NCBI GenBank assembly: GCA_039815375.1
Contig: JBCBZJ010000030.1
Coordinates: 1 to 30,739 of the forward strand
DNA length: 30,739 nucleotides
From: Verrucomicrobiota bacterium
GTDB taxonomy: Bacteria > Verrucomicrobiota > Verrucomicrobiia > Opitutales > Coraliomargaritaceae
Direction: 5' to 3'
The notes under the pieces were generated by a model. That model saw nothing but the letters and a program-made list of their open reading frames with translations, ran no database searches and was not told the origin of the DNA. The position numbers and the translations under genes are program-made. Below are positions 10,109-19,806 of this stretch, piece by piece; within the stretch, counting starts at the first letter, position 1; every line of letters starts with the position of its first letter.

Positions 10109-12064
10109 TTAGCGCCGCTCGTTAGGAGCCTTGTTTTTCTCCTCCTCTTCTCTTTGCTTCGCTCGCTCTATCGCTCGTATCTCCGCAGCTGTTTTTCCCG
10201 TGCTCTCAGCAAGCTTCGCCTCAATTCTGTATGCTTTGAGCAGATCAAGAAGTTCGCGTTCTTCCTCGGTTACGGTATAGCCGGGAAGCTCGCTCGGCAC
10301 AATACCCATTTCATCGAGCATTCTCGGGTCGACGATATCTTCGTAGGTGCTTCCATCCGGATTCAGCGTCTTCGCTGTAATAAAGATAATCAGATTACGC
10401 AGATCCAGATTATCGCTCGTGCTATTGAAGAGCCGACCGACCCCGGGAAGTTTTCCGAGAACGGGAACCTGATTCGAATTTGAAGTGTTCGTCCGTTCCG
10501 TGAGGCCACCAAGAGCCAGCGTAAAGCCATCCTTGATCGTAACTTTCGTCTTGGTCGTTTTCACCTCAATCAAAGGATCTTCCAACCCGGCGATGGTTTG
10601 AATTGTGCCTACCAGGGTTGTGACTCTTGGCTCAACATCGAGATTGATCATACCAGCCGCATTGGCTGATGGCGTGACCCGCAGAGTAATACCGAGCTCC
10701 TCCTTCTCAAGATCGCCAGGTTCAATCTGTCCCGTCTCAGGGTTGAATTCGAACTCACGGATCGGATAGTCCTGACCAACTTGAAAGTAGGCTTCTTCAT
10801 TATTCAAAACAACTACCGTCGGATTGCTGACGAGCTCGACGTCGCGAAGCTCTTCCAATGCAGAAAGTACAACACTAAAGGTTTCTGCCGAAAAGACAGC
10901 GCTGTCCGTCCGCGTCGTTGAAGCGAGGCGGGATAAGTCTTCTGTCAGAGTGGTAGCATCTTCGAATGAAACGCCGTCATCCGAAGAAAAACCGTCATCA
11001 TCGGTCAGGACAAAGGTGTCTGCGTCGCTCCTGGTCCGGGTGCGTCCCCAGTCCCGCTGGAAAGGCCCTGCCGACACACCATAACCACTAAGGGAAGCCC
11101 AGTTCACACCGATATTCTTGATGTCCGAATCCGTCACTTCGACGAACTTTGTCTCGACCATGACTTGCGCAGTTGGACGATCAAGGCGCTCGATAATCTC
11201 CTGGATCTTATTCATCCGGGAAGGACGCTCCGTGATAACAAGTGCATTGCTACGGCTATCTACCCTGATTTGGCCGCCTGCAGCCGCGTCGACGAGCGGC
11301 GCGATGGAACCCTGAAGCTCCTCAGCCCTCGAATAATTGGCAATAAAGACACGCGTATCGACCGGCTCGGTCGTCAGTTCTTCAATGCTCTTAATGAGAA
11401 TGATGTTACGATCTTCAACATAAGTGAAACCAAATGGGTCGAGAACGACCTCAAAGACCTGTCGCCAAGTGATGTTACGGAGCTTTACCGAGGTGCGCCC
11501 TTGGAGAGTATCGGGTATGACAAGGTTCAAATCAAAGAGGTCAGCCACGTTCCTCAGGATTGTTCGCACATCTTCATCCGGGAAATCGACGGAGATCGTC
11601 TCTTCACTTGCCATTGTCGCTTCGCCCGTCCCTTCCGTTTCTTGGCCGGGAATCTCGAGAACAATCTCGGTTTCATCCGGAAGAGCTGCTGCTGCCTCGG
11701 GGATGACTGGTTCCTCGACATCGATACTTGCGTCTTCCATTTCGGGCTCTGCGGGGACTACTTCCGCTTCCGGAGCAACCGGCACATCAGTATCCATATT
11801 CGCTTCTGCAACCTCTGCACCGGGCGCTTCAAGGACAACATCCTTACTCGGCTCTGGAGCCTCAAGCTCAGCTGGAGTTGGCTCAGCACTGGTATCCACA
11901 ACGTCGGCCATCGGTTCAGGCACAGGCATTTCAGCTTCTGGCTCGATGTCCTCAATAATGACAACATCCTCGAGGTCAATTTCGGCGTCGACCTGGGCAC
12001 TCGCTGGACCCCAAAGAGCAAAAGTTAGGGCAAGAAGTAGAATGAGTTTGGGCTGCTTTTTCAT
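10109..12064 (-). CDS. pilQ: Outer-membrane secretin, PilQ/GspD family
   Basis: Signal peptide. N0/STN motif ISVDFPDEDVRTILRNVADLFDLNLV. N3 motif VDSRSNALVITE. Secretin core AQVMVETKFVEV...IGVNW, LGITLRVTP and VPVLGKLPGVGRLF...LIIFIT. Last gene of a pilMNOP-like run. Confidence 0.88.
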   Translation of the reverse strand: MKKQPKLILLLALTFALWGPASAQVDAEIDLEDVVIIEDIEPEAEMPVPEPMADVVDTSAEPTPAELEAPEPSKDVVLEAPGAEVAEANMDTDVPVAPEAEVVPAEPEMEDASIDVEEPVIPEAAAALPDETEIVLEIPGQETEGTGEATMASEETISVDFPDEDVRTILRNVADLFDLNLVIPDTLQGRTSVKLRNITWRQVFEVVLDPFGFTYVEDRNIILIKSIEELTTEPVDTRVFIANYSRAEELQGSIAPLVDAAAGGQIRVDSRSNALVITERPSRMNKIQEIIERLDRPTAQVMVETKFVEVTDSDIKNIGVNWASLSGYGVSAGPFQRDWGRTRTRSDADTFVLTDDDGFSSDDGVSFEDATTLTEDLSRLASTTRTDSAVFSAETFSVVLSALEELRDVELVSNPTVVVLNNEEAYFQVGQDYPIREFEFNPETGQIEPGDLEKEELGITLRVTPSANAAGMINLDVEPRVTTLVGTIQTIAGLEDPLIEVKTTKTKVTIKDGFTLALGGLTERTNTSNSNQVPVLGKLPGVGRLFNSTSDNLDLRNLIIFITAKTLNPDGSTYEDIVDPRMLDEMGIVPSELPGYTVTEEERELLDLLKAYRIEAKLAESTGKTAAEIRAIERAKQREEEEKNKAPNERR

Positions 12065-12107
12065 ATGACCGATTGGTTGACTGCTACTCTAAGGTTAGTT
12101 GAGAAAA

Positions 12108-12707
12108 TCATGGATTTGAAAATTGGATACTACTGGAACTCGAGCGGTTGGCGTTGTCGTAGAACATTTCCTTTCGAGCACTGCCAAGCTCGAGGGTGTA
12201 GCTATCGGAAGAGATTTCCGATACCGTTAAAGTAAAGGACTGGTTCTCAGCCTGAGGGATGCGAACCGGGAAGCTGGTCCCCGGCTTCAGCATCGTTCCG
12301 CCTTCAATTTGCAGGAAACTCGTTTGCCCTCGAGCGATAGACCCTCGAACCTTTTTGGAAAAGCTGACGGCTGCTGCTGCGAGCACTGCAGAATCGTCAT
12401 AGTTTATGGGTGCGGCAACTGGTTCCTCTGGTTCAGGGCTTTCTTGGGCCAGCACTGTGGGTAATTCAGGATCTTCACCACTAAACCCAAATGGACTGGG
12501 CAATTCGCCCACATTCGTGAGGAAGGACTCGTTCTTCTCAGCAAGATGAATATAACCTATTTCCAGAACGATGAGTCGACTATCAGCACTCAGAACAAAG
12601 TCTTTGCGACCAGCCAGTTTGATGCGCGACTCGAAGCTGTAGAGCATACCTTGCACTAAAATCGAAACAAGAAGGACTGCTGGAAGTATTCTGCTGATGA
12701 TTCTCAT
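12108..12707 (-). CDS. Membrane-anchored protein in the PilP position of the pilMNOPQ operon (divergent PilP-like)
   Basis: Start moved to the ATG at 12707 (MRIISR). N-terminal TM/signal segment, 'PSPFGF' motif reminiscent of PilP 'RDPF', Pro/Glu linker and C-terminal beta domain. Lies between pilO-like and pilQ. Confidence 0.55.
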   Translation of the reverse strand: MRIISRILPAVLLVSILVQGMLYSFESRIKLAGRKDFVLSADSRLIVLEIGYIHLAEKNESFLTNVGELPSPFGFSGEDPELPTVLAQESPEPEEPVAAPINYDDSAVLAAAAVSFSKKVRGSIARGQTSFLQIEGGTMLKPGTSFPVRIPQAENQSFTLTVSEISSDSYTLELGSARKEMFYDNANRSSSSSIQFSNP

Positions 12708-12717
12708 AGAACGTAGA

Positions 12718-13299
12718 TTAATCCTTTTCGGCAAAGACAAGAACACGGAGCTGTGCATTTAGGGTGTCTGGAGAGGCGGCTGCACCTCCACGTCCACTGA
12801 CTTGAAATTCAGCGATACGAATAAGTGGATCGACCCTGTGCAGCTCGTAAAAAAAACGGAGGATATTTTCGAAATTACCTCTCATAGACATGTCGAAGAC
12901 GAGAGTTGAATGAAGCTTGAGCGCACGGGGCCCGCCTTCCTCATAGATTGCATCCCGCTGTGCAAGTTGATTCATGCTGGAGATGACAACATCTACTCGG
13001 TCCTCCACCGCATAGAAGAAGTTGGTATTGATTGCACGCTCGTCCCGATTAAAGAGCCGGGCATCAATCTGCTCAACCAGAATTTCCAAGTCTTCTAAGT
13101 CCTGCTCCAAATTGGTCGAGTTCTTTTTGTTCTGATCAATCGTTCGAAGCCTTGAGTTCAGATCAGACTCTTGAATAGAAAGTTGAGCGGCAACTCCACT
13201 CCGAAGAAAGATCAACACAACGAATACAATCAGCAGCACACTGCAGATGACTGCGAGCGGATACTGTTTCAATCGACCAATTATTTCAGAGATATTCAT
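12718..13299 (-). CDS. pilO: PilO/GspM-like inner-membrane assembly protein
   Basis: N-terminal TM helix, coiled coil, and ferredoxin-like domain with motif 'MSMRGNFENILRFFYEL...LIRI'. Overlaps the pilN-like gene by 4 nt. Confidence 0.7.
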   Translation of the reverse strand: MNISEIIGRLKQYPLAVICSVLLIVFVVLIFLRSGVAAQLSIQESDLNSRLRTIDQNKKNSTNLEQDLEDLEILVEQIDARLFNRDERAINTNFFYAVEDRVDVVISSMNQLAQRDAIYEEGGPRALKLHSTLVFDMSMRGNFENILRFFYELHRVDPLIRIAEFQVSGRGGAAASPDTLNAQLRVLVFAEKD

Positions 13300-13949
13300 G
13301 CGTCTCCTTTATCTTCTGCAGCATCACCCGCTTTTCTGGGGCTAAGCGTTATCTCCAACGTGTAGGGGAAAATACCGGTATCTTTATCGCGCCCCTGGAG
13401 GGATTCATCGATTTGGAGTTCATAGGTCTCCACGTTGAGACGATCCCAAGTCGACAACTCACCTTTAAACTCATCTAAAACCGTTAGCGAACGCGCGTCC
13501 CCGGAAATGGTGATGCTATAAACTACCATATTTGAGGCCCCTTCCTTTTTTGGAACCTCCGTAAATGCAATTTTTTGAAAGATAAGATCGTCAGGTCGAA
13601 GCGTTGTGATCTCAGCTAAAAACTCATGCGCGAGCATCGGAGCCTCATAGAACTTCTCAAGTTCAGCAACCGTCTCCGCGGCATCGCGAAATTGCTTACT
13701 CAGCCTGAGGCTTTTTTTATCCTCACTCTCCGCCGCTTGTATCCTTTCCTCCATGTCTGCAATGGTCTTGCTGAGCGAATGGCTCCGGTATTCGCGCTGC
13801 ACAAGGTAAAAGCCAACCAGAAGCATTAAAAGCACCGCGACAATATTAATGATAAAATCAGTGCGAATCGCCTTAATATCGGGCAACCCGGCAGGATCGA
13901 CAAAATTTGGGCGCCAGTGCGGCTGCACTTCTTTCTTACTTCTCTTCAC
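13296..13949 (-). CDS. pilN: PilN/GspL-like inner-membrane assembly protein
   Basis: N-terminal 'PNF' motif (the PilN INLLP equivalent), TM helix, coiled coil, '[18 protein letters not shown]' and 'ITISGDA'. Position in the operon. Confidence 0.65.
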   Translation of the reverse strand: MKRSKKEVQPHWRPNFVDPAGLPDIKAIRTDFIINIVAVLLMLLVGFYLVQREYRSHSLSKTIADMEERIQAAESEDKKSLRLSKQFRDAAETVAELEKFYEAPMLAHEFLAEITTLRPDDLIFQKIAFTEVPKKEGASNMVVYSITISGDARSLTVLDEFKGELSTWDRLNVETYELQIDESLQGRDKDTGIFPYTLEITLSPRKAGDAAEDKGDA

Positions 13950-14991
13950 TCTCGACTTCCTCCCTCAAGTGAAACTCACCCATTAGACTGAAGAGCCCCA
14001 TCCAGCGGGGGCTCAGGTTTAAAACTTCAACTCCTTCACCAAGCTTAACCTTGAGACTCTCGAGCCAACCCTCAATCGACGGCCGCAGGATCTCGAGGCC
14101 CAGCGAATCGGATACGGTCTTAGCCACCCAGTTAAGATTCTTGGGTAAAACACCAAGGAAGACATGGCCAATTGTCTGGCCGGTCTGCACCTCGTAGAAT
14201 CCGGTTGTCGCTTGCAGCTCCTTCGTCATGCGACGCAATAGCTTCGGCCCCATCTCTGAGAAATCGAAAGTGTTCGAGAAAAACAACTTTCGCGCCGAGT
14301 CCTCGTCCTTCAGACCAAGCTCTCTTTGCAGGAGCGGGTAAATACTATCCAGACCGAACGGAACCGGCCGGGCTACTTCAACTTGCCCACGATTGATAAT
14401 AAATATGTTCGCTGATTTCGAAGTCAGCTCAAAGCAGAGTATGGGCGAGGTGATTTCGTTAAATCGGGCATAGTCGCTCACTCCGCCAATCGTAGAAACC
14501 GAAGACAACTCCAATCGCTCCGGATAAATACCATACTCAAGCAAAAGGTCCTGCTCGGATTCAAGAGCCTCACTGGGAGCACCGCAGAAAACAAGTCGTC
14601 GTGTAGACCCTTTCTCCAGATCAAAGTCCGAACCATCGCGTGCATCAAGAATAGCAACGTTGTTGGCATCCGAATCAACATTGAATTCGTTTTTCAGAAT
14701 ATCCACCAGGAAGCTTTGGTCTTTTGCCTTATTGACGGACTCGGCTTCATAAAAGCGAACAAAGCGGCCTTCTGGATAAATGCCACATCGTGAAACGTAA
14801 TAGCTTGCACCCCGAAAATCGACTATGCCCTCAAAGAACTCTCGAATCTCCGCAGCGCTGCAACCTGCTTTGATTGGGAGTTCGGCGATTTCTTCGATCA
14901 CCATAGGCAATTTATAACTGGATGTTCTCGCAGCTAATATCGAAAACTCAGAGATATCGACAAAGAGACCTTTAGTCTTGGGTTTTAGCAT
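13936..14991 (-). CDS. pilM: PilM-like actin-fold cytoplasmic assembly protein
   Basis: Start likely at the ATG at 14991 (MLKPK). '[11 protein letters not shown]' N-terminal strand, '[11 protein letters not shown]', 'ARKL' and '[21 protein letters not shown]' follow the PilM pattern. First gene of the operon. Confidence 0.7.
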   Translation of the reverse strand: MLKPKTKGLFVDISEFSILAARTSSYKLPMVIEEIAELPIKAGCSAAEIREFFEGIVDFRGASYYVSRCGIYPEGRFVRFYEAESVNKAKDQSFLVDILKNEFNVDSDANNVAILDARDGSDFDLEKGSTRRLVFCGAPSEALESEQDLLLEYGIYPERLELSSVSTIGGVSDYARFNEITSPILCFELTSKSANIFIINRGQVEVARPVPFGLDSIYPLLQRELGLKDEDSARKLFFSNTFDFSEMGPKLLRRMTKELQATTGFYEVQTGQTIGHVFLGVLPKNLNWVAKTVSDSLGLEILRPSIEGWLESLKVKLGEGVEVLNLSPRWMGLFSLMGEFHLREEVESEEK

Positions 14992-15257
14992 ACGTAGAGC
15001 GCAGATTGTGGCAGCGTAGACTCTGGGTAAGTACGCAGACACTTTACTGCTAGCAGATCATAAGGAGAGTAAGCGAGACGCACAGTTTCAAATATTTGCC
15101 TCTTACGACTGCTGCGGGCAAGGATAAAACCTCTATCGACCCGCTTCGGAGGTGCTAATAAAAAGATATTTACATAACTCTGGGGCGAATCGACTCGAGC
15201 GTGAACGCTGCACCCCAATTTCTAAACTACGGTATACCACTTAGTCTTCATATTCGC

Positions 15258-15291
15258 AAAAAAAAGCGACCCTCCGAAATGGAGAGTCGCT
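15258..15291 (-). terminator. Rho-independent terminator downstream of the bS22-like gene
   Basis: The minus strand reads GCGACTCTCC-ATTTC-GGAGGGTCGC followed by a T8 run: a 10-bp stem with one G-U pair and a U tract. Confidence 0.85.
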
Positions 15292-15329
15292 GTAAAATAT
15301 TCGAACGGGTAAGCGTCGTTCAGCGACAC

Positions 15330-15425
15330 TTACCAAGTACGCTTCTTATGACGATTCGACTTCAAACGCTTACGGCGCTTGTGCTTGTTCATCTTGAGAC
15401 GACGTTTCTTCTTGAGGTTACCCAT
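15330..15425 (-). CDS. Small basic ribosomal protein, bS22/mS38 (AURKAIP1/COX24, DUF1713) family, 31 aa
   Basis: Manual translation gives [31 protein letters not shown], which contains the family motif KKRRxKMxKHKxRKR. It is followed by a strong terminator and is absent from the supplied ORF track. Confidence 0.9.
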   Translation of the reverse strand: MGNLKKKRRLKMNKHKRRKRLKSNRHKKRTW

Positions 15426-15504
15426 AGAAAATTAATGTGTGGAATTTTGAGAAAAGGTTGGAAAAGGCCAGAAAAGCCCTGCCCTGTAAAGTGTTTTTTT
15501 TGAA

Positions 15505-16311
15505 CTAAAGAACAACTGCTTCCGCATCGGCTTGCGCCTTCAGAGTAACTTGCATCTTCTCCAAAACTGGATGCTCCGCGCTTTGGAGTCTGGTTCGGAC
15601 CCCGCCATAAGAGAGCCACTCAACAGGCAAGACACCATGTGATGTATTTGTCAGGTAAACGGCTTCAGCCCGCGTCAGGTCCTCCAGAGAACAAGCCGTC
15701 ACCCCAATCTCTATCGTATCGAGCAATACTCCGCGTATCACACCCGGCAGCAAGCCGGTCAAAATATCCGGCGTGCGTAGAGCCCCATCCACTACCAGAA
15801 AGAGATTCGAAATACAGGCCTCAGCCAATAGGCCCTTCGTATTGAAGCGAGCTGCATCATAGCAACCCGCTTCCCTTGCCGCGGCCAAAAGGATGAGATT
15901 CTCCGTATAATTATGAGTTTTATGGCCCGCGAGCGGAGATCGATCATTTAGAACTGACTGACGATCGATCATCAAGCCAGTGGACTCAGGTCGGTCGGAT
16001 CGAGGCCTTGAATACACAAACAAGCAGCTCGAATCGGCTTCCTTCAAAAGAGAGAGTTTAACAGTCGCGTCGCTTCCGAGTTCACTGGCGAGTTCACGGA
16101 TTGCTGAAAGCGCCTCATCGGGATCAATCAAACAATCCAGCCCTAGAGCCTCTGCCGAGCGTAAGAGCCGTTGCCAATGCCGTTGCCAAAAAGCCAGATG
16201 CCCGTCACTCACTCGCATCGTCTCAAAGATGCCGAACCCATGCGCGAATCCGGAAGAAGACGGATCTAACCTAGCTGCCTCACCCGGACGAATAATCGTT
16301 ATGGCTGACAT
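15505..16311 (-). CDS. pabC: Aminotransferase class IV / 4-amino-4-deoxychorismate lyase
   Basis: GFAHGFGIFETMR, HWQRL, GHKTHNY (PLP Lys), LAEACISNLF, LLPGVIR and AEAVYLTNT motifs. Overlaps the end of pabB. Confidence 0.8.
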   Translation of the reverse strand: MSAITIIRPGEAARLDPSSSGFAHGFGIFETMRVSDGHLAFWQRHWQRLLRSAEALGLDCLIDPDEALSAIRELASELGSDATVKLSLLKEADSSCLFVYSRPRSDRPESTGLMIDRQSVLNDRSPLAGHKTHNYTENLILLAAAREAGCYDAARFNTKGLLAEACISNLFLVVDGALRTPDILTGLLPGVIRGVLLDTIEIGVTACSLEDLTRAEAVYLTNTSHGVLPVEWLSYGGVRTRLQSAEHPVLEKMQVTLKAQADAEAVVL

Positions 16312-17618
16312 ATCGCATCAAGGGTTTCACGGATCGCACGTCCCTTGTCCACTGTTTCCTGAAATTCACTTTCCGGGTCAGAGTCCCATACAATTCCGCC
16401 GCCTACCTGATAATCCAGCAACCCGTCTTTTAGGTGCAAACTACGGATCGCAATATTGAACTCTGCGTCTCCGTTGAAGCCAATGTAACCAATCGAACCG
16501 CAATAGACTCCGCGTCGAGTCGGTTCTAGCTCTTCGATAACTTCCATCGCACGCACTTTGGGTGCACCGGTAATCGATCCGCCTGGAAAAAGTGCCTCAA
16601 GCGCGTCATAAACATCCCTGCCCTCGGCCAGAGTCGCTTTCACCTGTGCGGTCTGGTGGATTACACGTTTGTAATGCTCCAGCTGATACAACCCTTCAAC
16701 GTGCACCGACCCAAATTCTGCCACGCGCCCAAGATCACTACGTTCCAAATCGACGATCATCAAGAGCTCCGCCCGATCTTTTTCCGAAGCTCGTAAAGCA
16801 GACTCCTGTAACCGATCTTCCTCCACGTTTCGACCACGAGGGCGAGTCCCTTTGATCGGACGTGTCATCAACTCATTATTGCGCTTATGAAGAAACTGTT
16901 CCGGTGAAGTTGAAATCAATTGGAAGCCATCCAAATCAAGAAAAGCGCTGTAGGGTGCAGGATTTCCTTCACGGAGTGCCAGATAGATTTCCAGAGGTTC
17001 ACCTTCAAAGGTGCAGCGCGCACGCCTCGAAAGATTCACCTGATAGACGTCTCCCGCTGCAATGTATTCACGCACCCGCTCAACGGCTGCGCAGAATTCA
17101 TCTTTGCTGAGATTCCACAGCCAATCACTCAGAGACAATGCGCCGATTGAGGCAGGGATCGGTTCCACCAACCAGGCCTGCAATCTAGTCAGGATCGCAT
17201 CCACGGGCTCACGCAGCCCATGTGCGACAAGGTAGAGCTTTCCCGTTCTGCGATGCAGAGCAGCAACACCGTCGTAGAGCGCAAAATGTGTATCCGGGAT
17301 GTCTCGATCATCAAGTGAGAGTTCAGACATTTGCTCCAAGCGGCGCCCGTAATCGTATGCCAGATAACCGACAGCTCCACCAGTGAAAGGGATTTCAGTC
17401 GGGCCACCGAAATCGCCCTTCATTTCACCCATTTCCAGACGCAGATCACTCAAACTACCACCACTGAAAACACGAAACGGTTCAGCGCCGAAAAAACTCC
17501 AGTCTCCCAGACCGTCGTTCGACTGGGCACTATCCAAAATAAACGGCAAGTGCCGGGATCCGAAGATACGAATCAAATCTTCCACCGGTGGCGGACTGGA
17601 AATCTCAAGAATTTTCAT
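16299..17618 (-). CDS. pabB: Aminodeoxychorismate synthase component I
   Basis: Chorismate-binding motifs PFTGGAVGYLAYD, GDVYQVNLS, SPEQFL, RPIKGTRPR (PabB-specific PIKGT), AELLMIVDLERSDL, FPGGSITGAPK and GGGIVWDS. Confidence 0.92.
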   Translation of the reverse strand: MKILEISSPPPVEDLIRIFGSRHLPFILDSAQSNDGLGDWSFFGAEPFRVFSGGSLSDLRLEMGEMKGDFGGPTEIPFTGGAVGYLAYDYGRRLEQMSELSLDDRDIPDTHFALYDGVAALHRRTGKLYLVAHGLREPVDAILTRLQAWLVEPIPASIGALSLSDWLWNLSKDEFCAAVERVREYIAAGDVYQVNLSRRARCTFEGEPLEIYLALREGNPAPYSAFLDLDGFQLISTSPEQFLHKRNNELMTRPIKGTRPRGRNVEEDRLQESALRASEKDRAELLMIVDLERSDLGRVAEFGSVHVEGLYQLEHYKRVIHQTAQVKATLAEGRDVYDALEALFPGGSITGAPKVRAMEVIEELEPTRRGVYCGSIGYIGFNGDAEFNIAIRSLHLKDGLLDYQVGGGIVWDSDPESEFQETVDKGRAIRETLDAICQP

Positions 17619-17690
17619 CTCCGCTTAAAACAGATTCGCTGCGCAGCAAACGGTCGTTCTCACTATAAGCCTCATTTTCACTCAATGAGC

Positions 17691-18836
17691 TTAGTGCCGG
17701 CCTGCTCGAAATAGCAGCCAGAAGCCCAGGGATTGAAAGAGAATATTGGGCAACCAGATCAGCAAATCCGGACGCAGGGCTGGATTTCCCTCCAACCAGC
17801 TTACCATGATCATGAGAAAGTAATAGGACATTGCGATAACAAGCGCGATGCCGAGATTTGCATAACTTTCATGTCGACCGATCTGGATTGCCAGCGGCAC
17901 ACCAAACACGGCTAGGGAAAACACGGAAAAGGCCATGGCAAAGTTCTTTTGCAAGTGCACCTGAACCTTCATGCGGTCCTCCGAAAGTCCACGACCCGTC
18001 GCAACTTCCTCTTCCAAAGCGATGCGTCGACGTTCCATCAACTGAACAAAGTTAAGGTCCTTGGTCTTGATTTTTTTGTTACGCCGTTCGCCAAAGATCT
18101 GATCGAGCGGCAAAGCAATGGGAAGCTCTCCAAAAAAGAGAGAGCGATCCGGCACATCAGCGAGTGCTTCGGGATCATCCTCATCGCGTTGCTCGGCCGT
18201 CCCATTGCGCAGAGTCAGAATCAATTCGTTACGAGCGTCATCAAAACCAACCTCTCCCTCAGCCGCCCTCAGAAAAAGCTGCACCCGTTTCTGCTCGTCC
18301 AGCTCCCAAATCCAGAAATCCTTCATCTTCGCACCATCGCGACCACCCATATAAATCACATAACCGGGAAACTCATGAATGAAACGTCGCTCTTCAATAA
18401 AGCCGACCGGGTTTTGCGTGACCGCGTCAGCCAACAATTCTTTATACGCCAAACGAGACTGGGGCGCAAAATGCAGGTTCACCAGCACGCCGACGACCAT
18501 GCCAAGAAAAGAAATCAGAAAGACCGGCGTCGCAACACGGTAAAGACTCACACCCGCCGATTTCATCGCCGTAATCTCCTGCTGGGAGGAAAGCCGGCCC
18601 AACGCCATTAAGGTGCCGGTCAACATTCCGAGCGGAAGGGCATAGGCACCCACATATGGAATCAAGAGACCAATCAGCTGAAGAAACAACATGAAGCCCA
18701 GCTTTCCTGCGGCCACGAGCTCGAGAATATCTCGAATCGCGTTGCCCATTAAAAGCACGAACACAAACAGCGCCATTGCCAAACTCGTCGAAACGAGAAT
18801 TTCCTTAAGAATATGTCGATGGAGCAAGTTAAGCAT
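17691..18836 (-). CDS. LPS export ABC transporter permease, LptF/LptG (YjgP/YjgQ) family
   Basis: Three TM helices, 'GRLSSQQEITAMKSAGVSL', a periplasmic beta-jellyroll, three further TM helices and 'WLPNILF'. Confidence 0.9.
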   Translation of the reverse strand: MLNLLHRHILKEILVSTSLAMALFVFVLLMGNAIRDILELVAAGKLGFMLFLQLIGLLIPYVGAYALPLGMLTGTLMALGRLSSQQEITAMKSAGVSLYRVATPVFLISFLGMVVGVLVNLHFAPQSRLAYKELLADAVTQNPVGFIEERRFIHEFPGYVIYMGGRDGAKMKDFWIWELDEQKRVQLFLRAAEGEVGFDDARNELILTLRNGTAEQRDEDDPEALADVPDRSLFFGELPIALPLDQIFGERRNKKIKTKDLNFVQLMERRRIALEEEVATGRGLSEDRMKVQVHLQKNFAMAFSVFSLAVFGVPLAIQIGRHESYANLGIALVIAMSYYFLMIMVSWLEGNPALRPDLLIWLPNILFQSLGFWLLFRAGRH

Positions 18837-18937
18837 CAGCGTCAGTCTATTAACGGTCAGTTAGATAAGAGATCATTTTGATAACAACCTGATTTTCACT
18901 CTTCACAGACCCACAGCATCTCTCCAGTCTTATCGGC

Positions 18938-19507
18938 ATGAGTTTCGAGAACAACGAAGTTATCCAAATTTTCCGTGATAGCGGTGCCCTTCTGGAAGGC
19001 CACTTCATCCTACGCTCCGGTCTGCACAGCGCGCACTTTTTCCAATGTGCCCAAGTCTGCCAATACATGGATAAGGTCACGAGATTGGCCGAAATCATGG
19101 TCCCGATGCTCAAAGAATACGGGGCCACCACTGTCGTCGGACCAGCCATGGGTGGACTTGTAATCGGCCAGGAAGTCGCCCGTCAGCTGGGCCTGCGCTT
19201 CCTCTTTCTCGAAAAGGTCGACGACAAACTGGAACTTCGCCGCAATTTCAAATTTGAACCTGACGAGAAGGTCCTGATCGTTGAAGATGTCATTACCCGC
19301 GGCGGTCGCGTCGTCGAGGCAATCACCAAATGCCGCGAGCACGGAGCCGAGCCGGTCGCTGTAGGCGTCATCGTGGATCGCAGCAATGGAGCCACCACCT
19401 TCGAGGTGCCGCATCATAGTCTCGCACAGCTCAGCTTTCCCACTTACGAAGCAGATAAATTACCGCCTGAGCTCGAAGGCACCGAAGCCTGCAAGCCCGG
19501 CAGCTAG
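18938..19507 (+). CDS. pyrE: Orotate phosphoribosyltransferase
   Basis: GALLEGHFILRSGLHS, GPAMGG, and the PRPP-binding motif VLIVEDVITRGG...VDRS. Confidence 0.93.
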   Translation: MSFENNEVIQIFRDSGALLEGHFILRSGLHSAHFFQCAQVCQYMDKVTRLAEIMVPMLKEYGATTVVGPAMGGLVIGQEVARQLGLRFLFLEKVDDKLELRRNFKFEPDEKVLIVEDVITRGGRVVEAITKCREHGAEPVAVGVIVDRSNGATTFEVPHHSLAQLSFPTYEADKLPPELEGTEACKPGS

Positions 19508-19589
19508 GTCGCCTTTCGGGAATAATTGCAAAGTCAGAGTTTCTGGCTTACAGATTGCTTTAATTTCCATAAATCATAAACCCGTTGTT

Positions 19590-19793
19590 ATGCGCATTAC
19601 TGTAACCCTTCTACTATTAGCAAGCTCCCAACTCTTGTCCGCGCACCCTTCCGGGCACGAAGGCACGCTGAGCGAGCTCTCTCATCATATTGTTAGCAGC
19701 CCATGGCACCTTGTCCAATTAGGTGGTGCACTGATGCTTCTTGCTGCAACCGCTTACTTCTGGACGAAGAAGCGTCGCGGTCAGTCCTCCTAA
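19590..19793 (+). CDS. Small secreted/membrane protein (67 aa) with a HupE/UreJ-like His motif after the signal peptide
   Basis: ATG at 19590 gives MRITVTLLLLASSQLLSA|HPSGHEGTLSELSHHIVSSPWHL, then a TM helix and a KKRR tail. It lies 13 nt before the EamA gene. Confidence 0.7.
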   Translation: MRITVTLLLLASSQLLSAHPSGHEGTLSELSHHIVSSPWHLVQLGGALMLLAATAYFWTKKRRGQSS

Positions 19794-19806
19794 GCTGCGA
19801 CTCCGC

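Noticed and set aside
11165..12068. Long plus-strand ORFs (287 aa and 214 aa)
   Set aside because: Antisense shadows of pilQ with no recognisable motifs. The Ser/Thr/Ala-rich composition simply mirrors the acidic sense codons.
15201..15503. 100-aa plus-strand ORF
   Set aside because: Antisense to the bS22-like gene and spans its terminator; no family motif.
15505..17618. pabB-pabC without pabA
   Set aside because: A common arrangement; the glutaminase subunit is often shared with trpG elsewhere in the genome.
17949..18611. 220-aa plus-strand ORF
   Set aside because: Shadow of lptF/G.
19386..19589. N-terminal extension of the small His-motif protein
   Set aside because: It overlaps pyrE. 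The signal peptide begins at the ATG at 19590.
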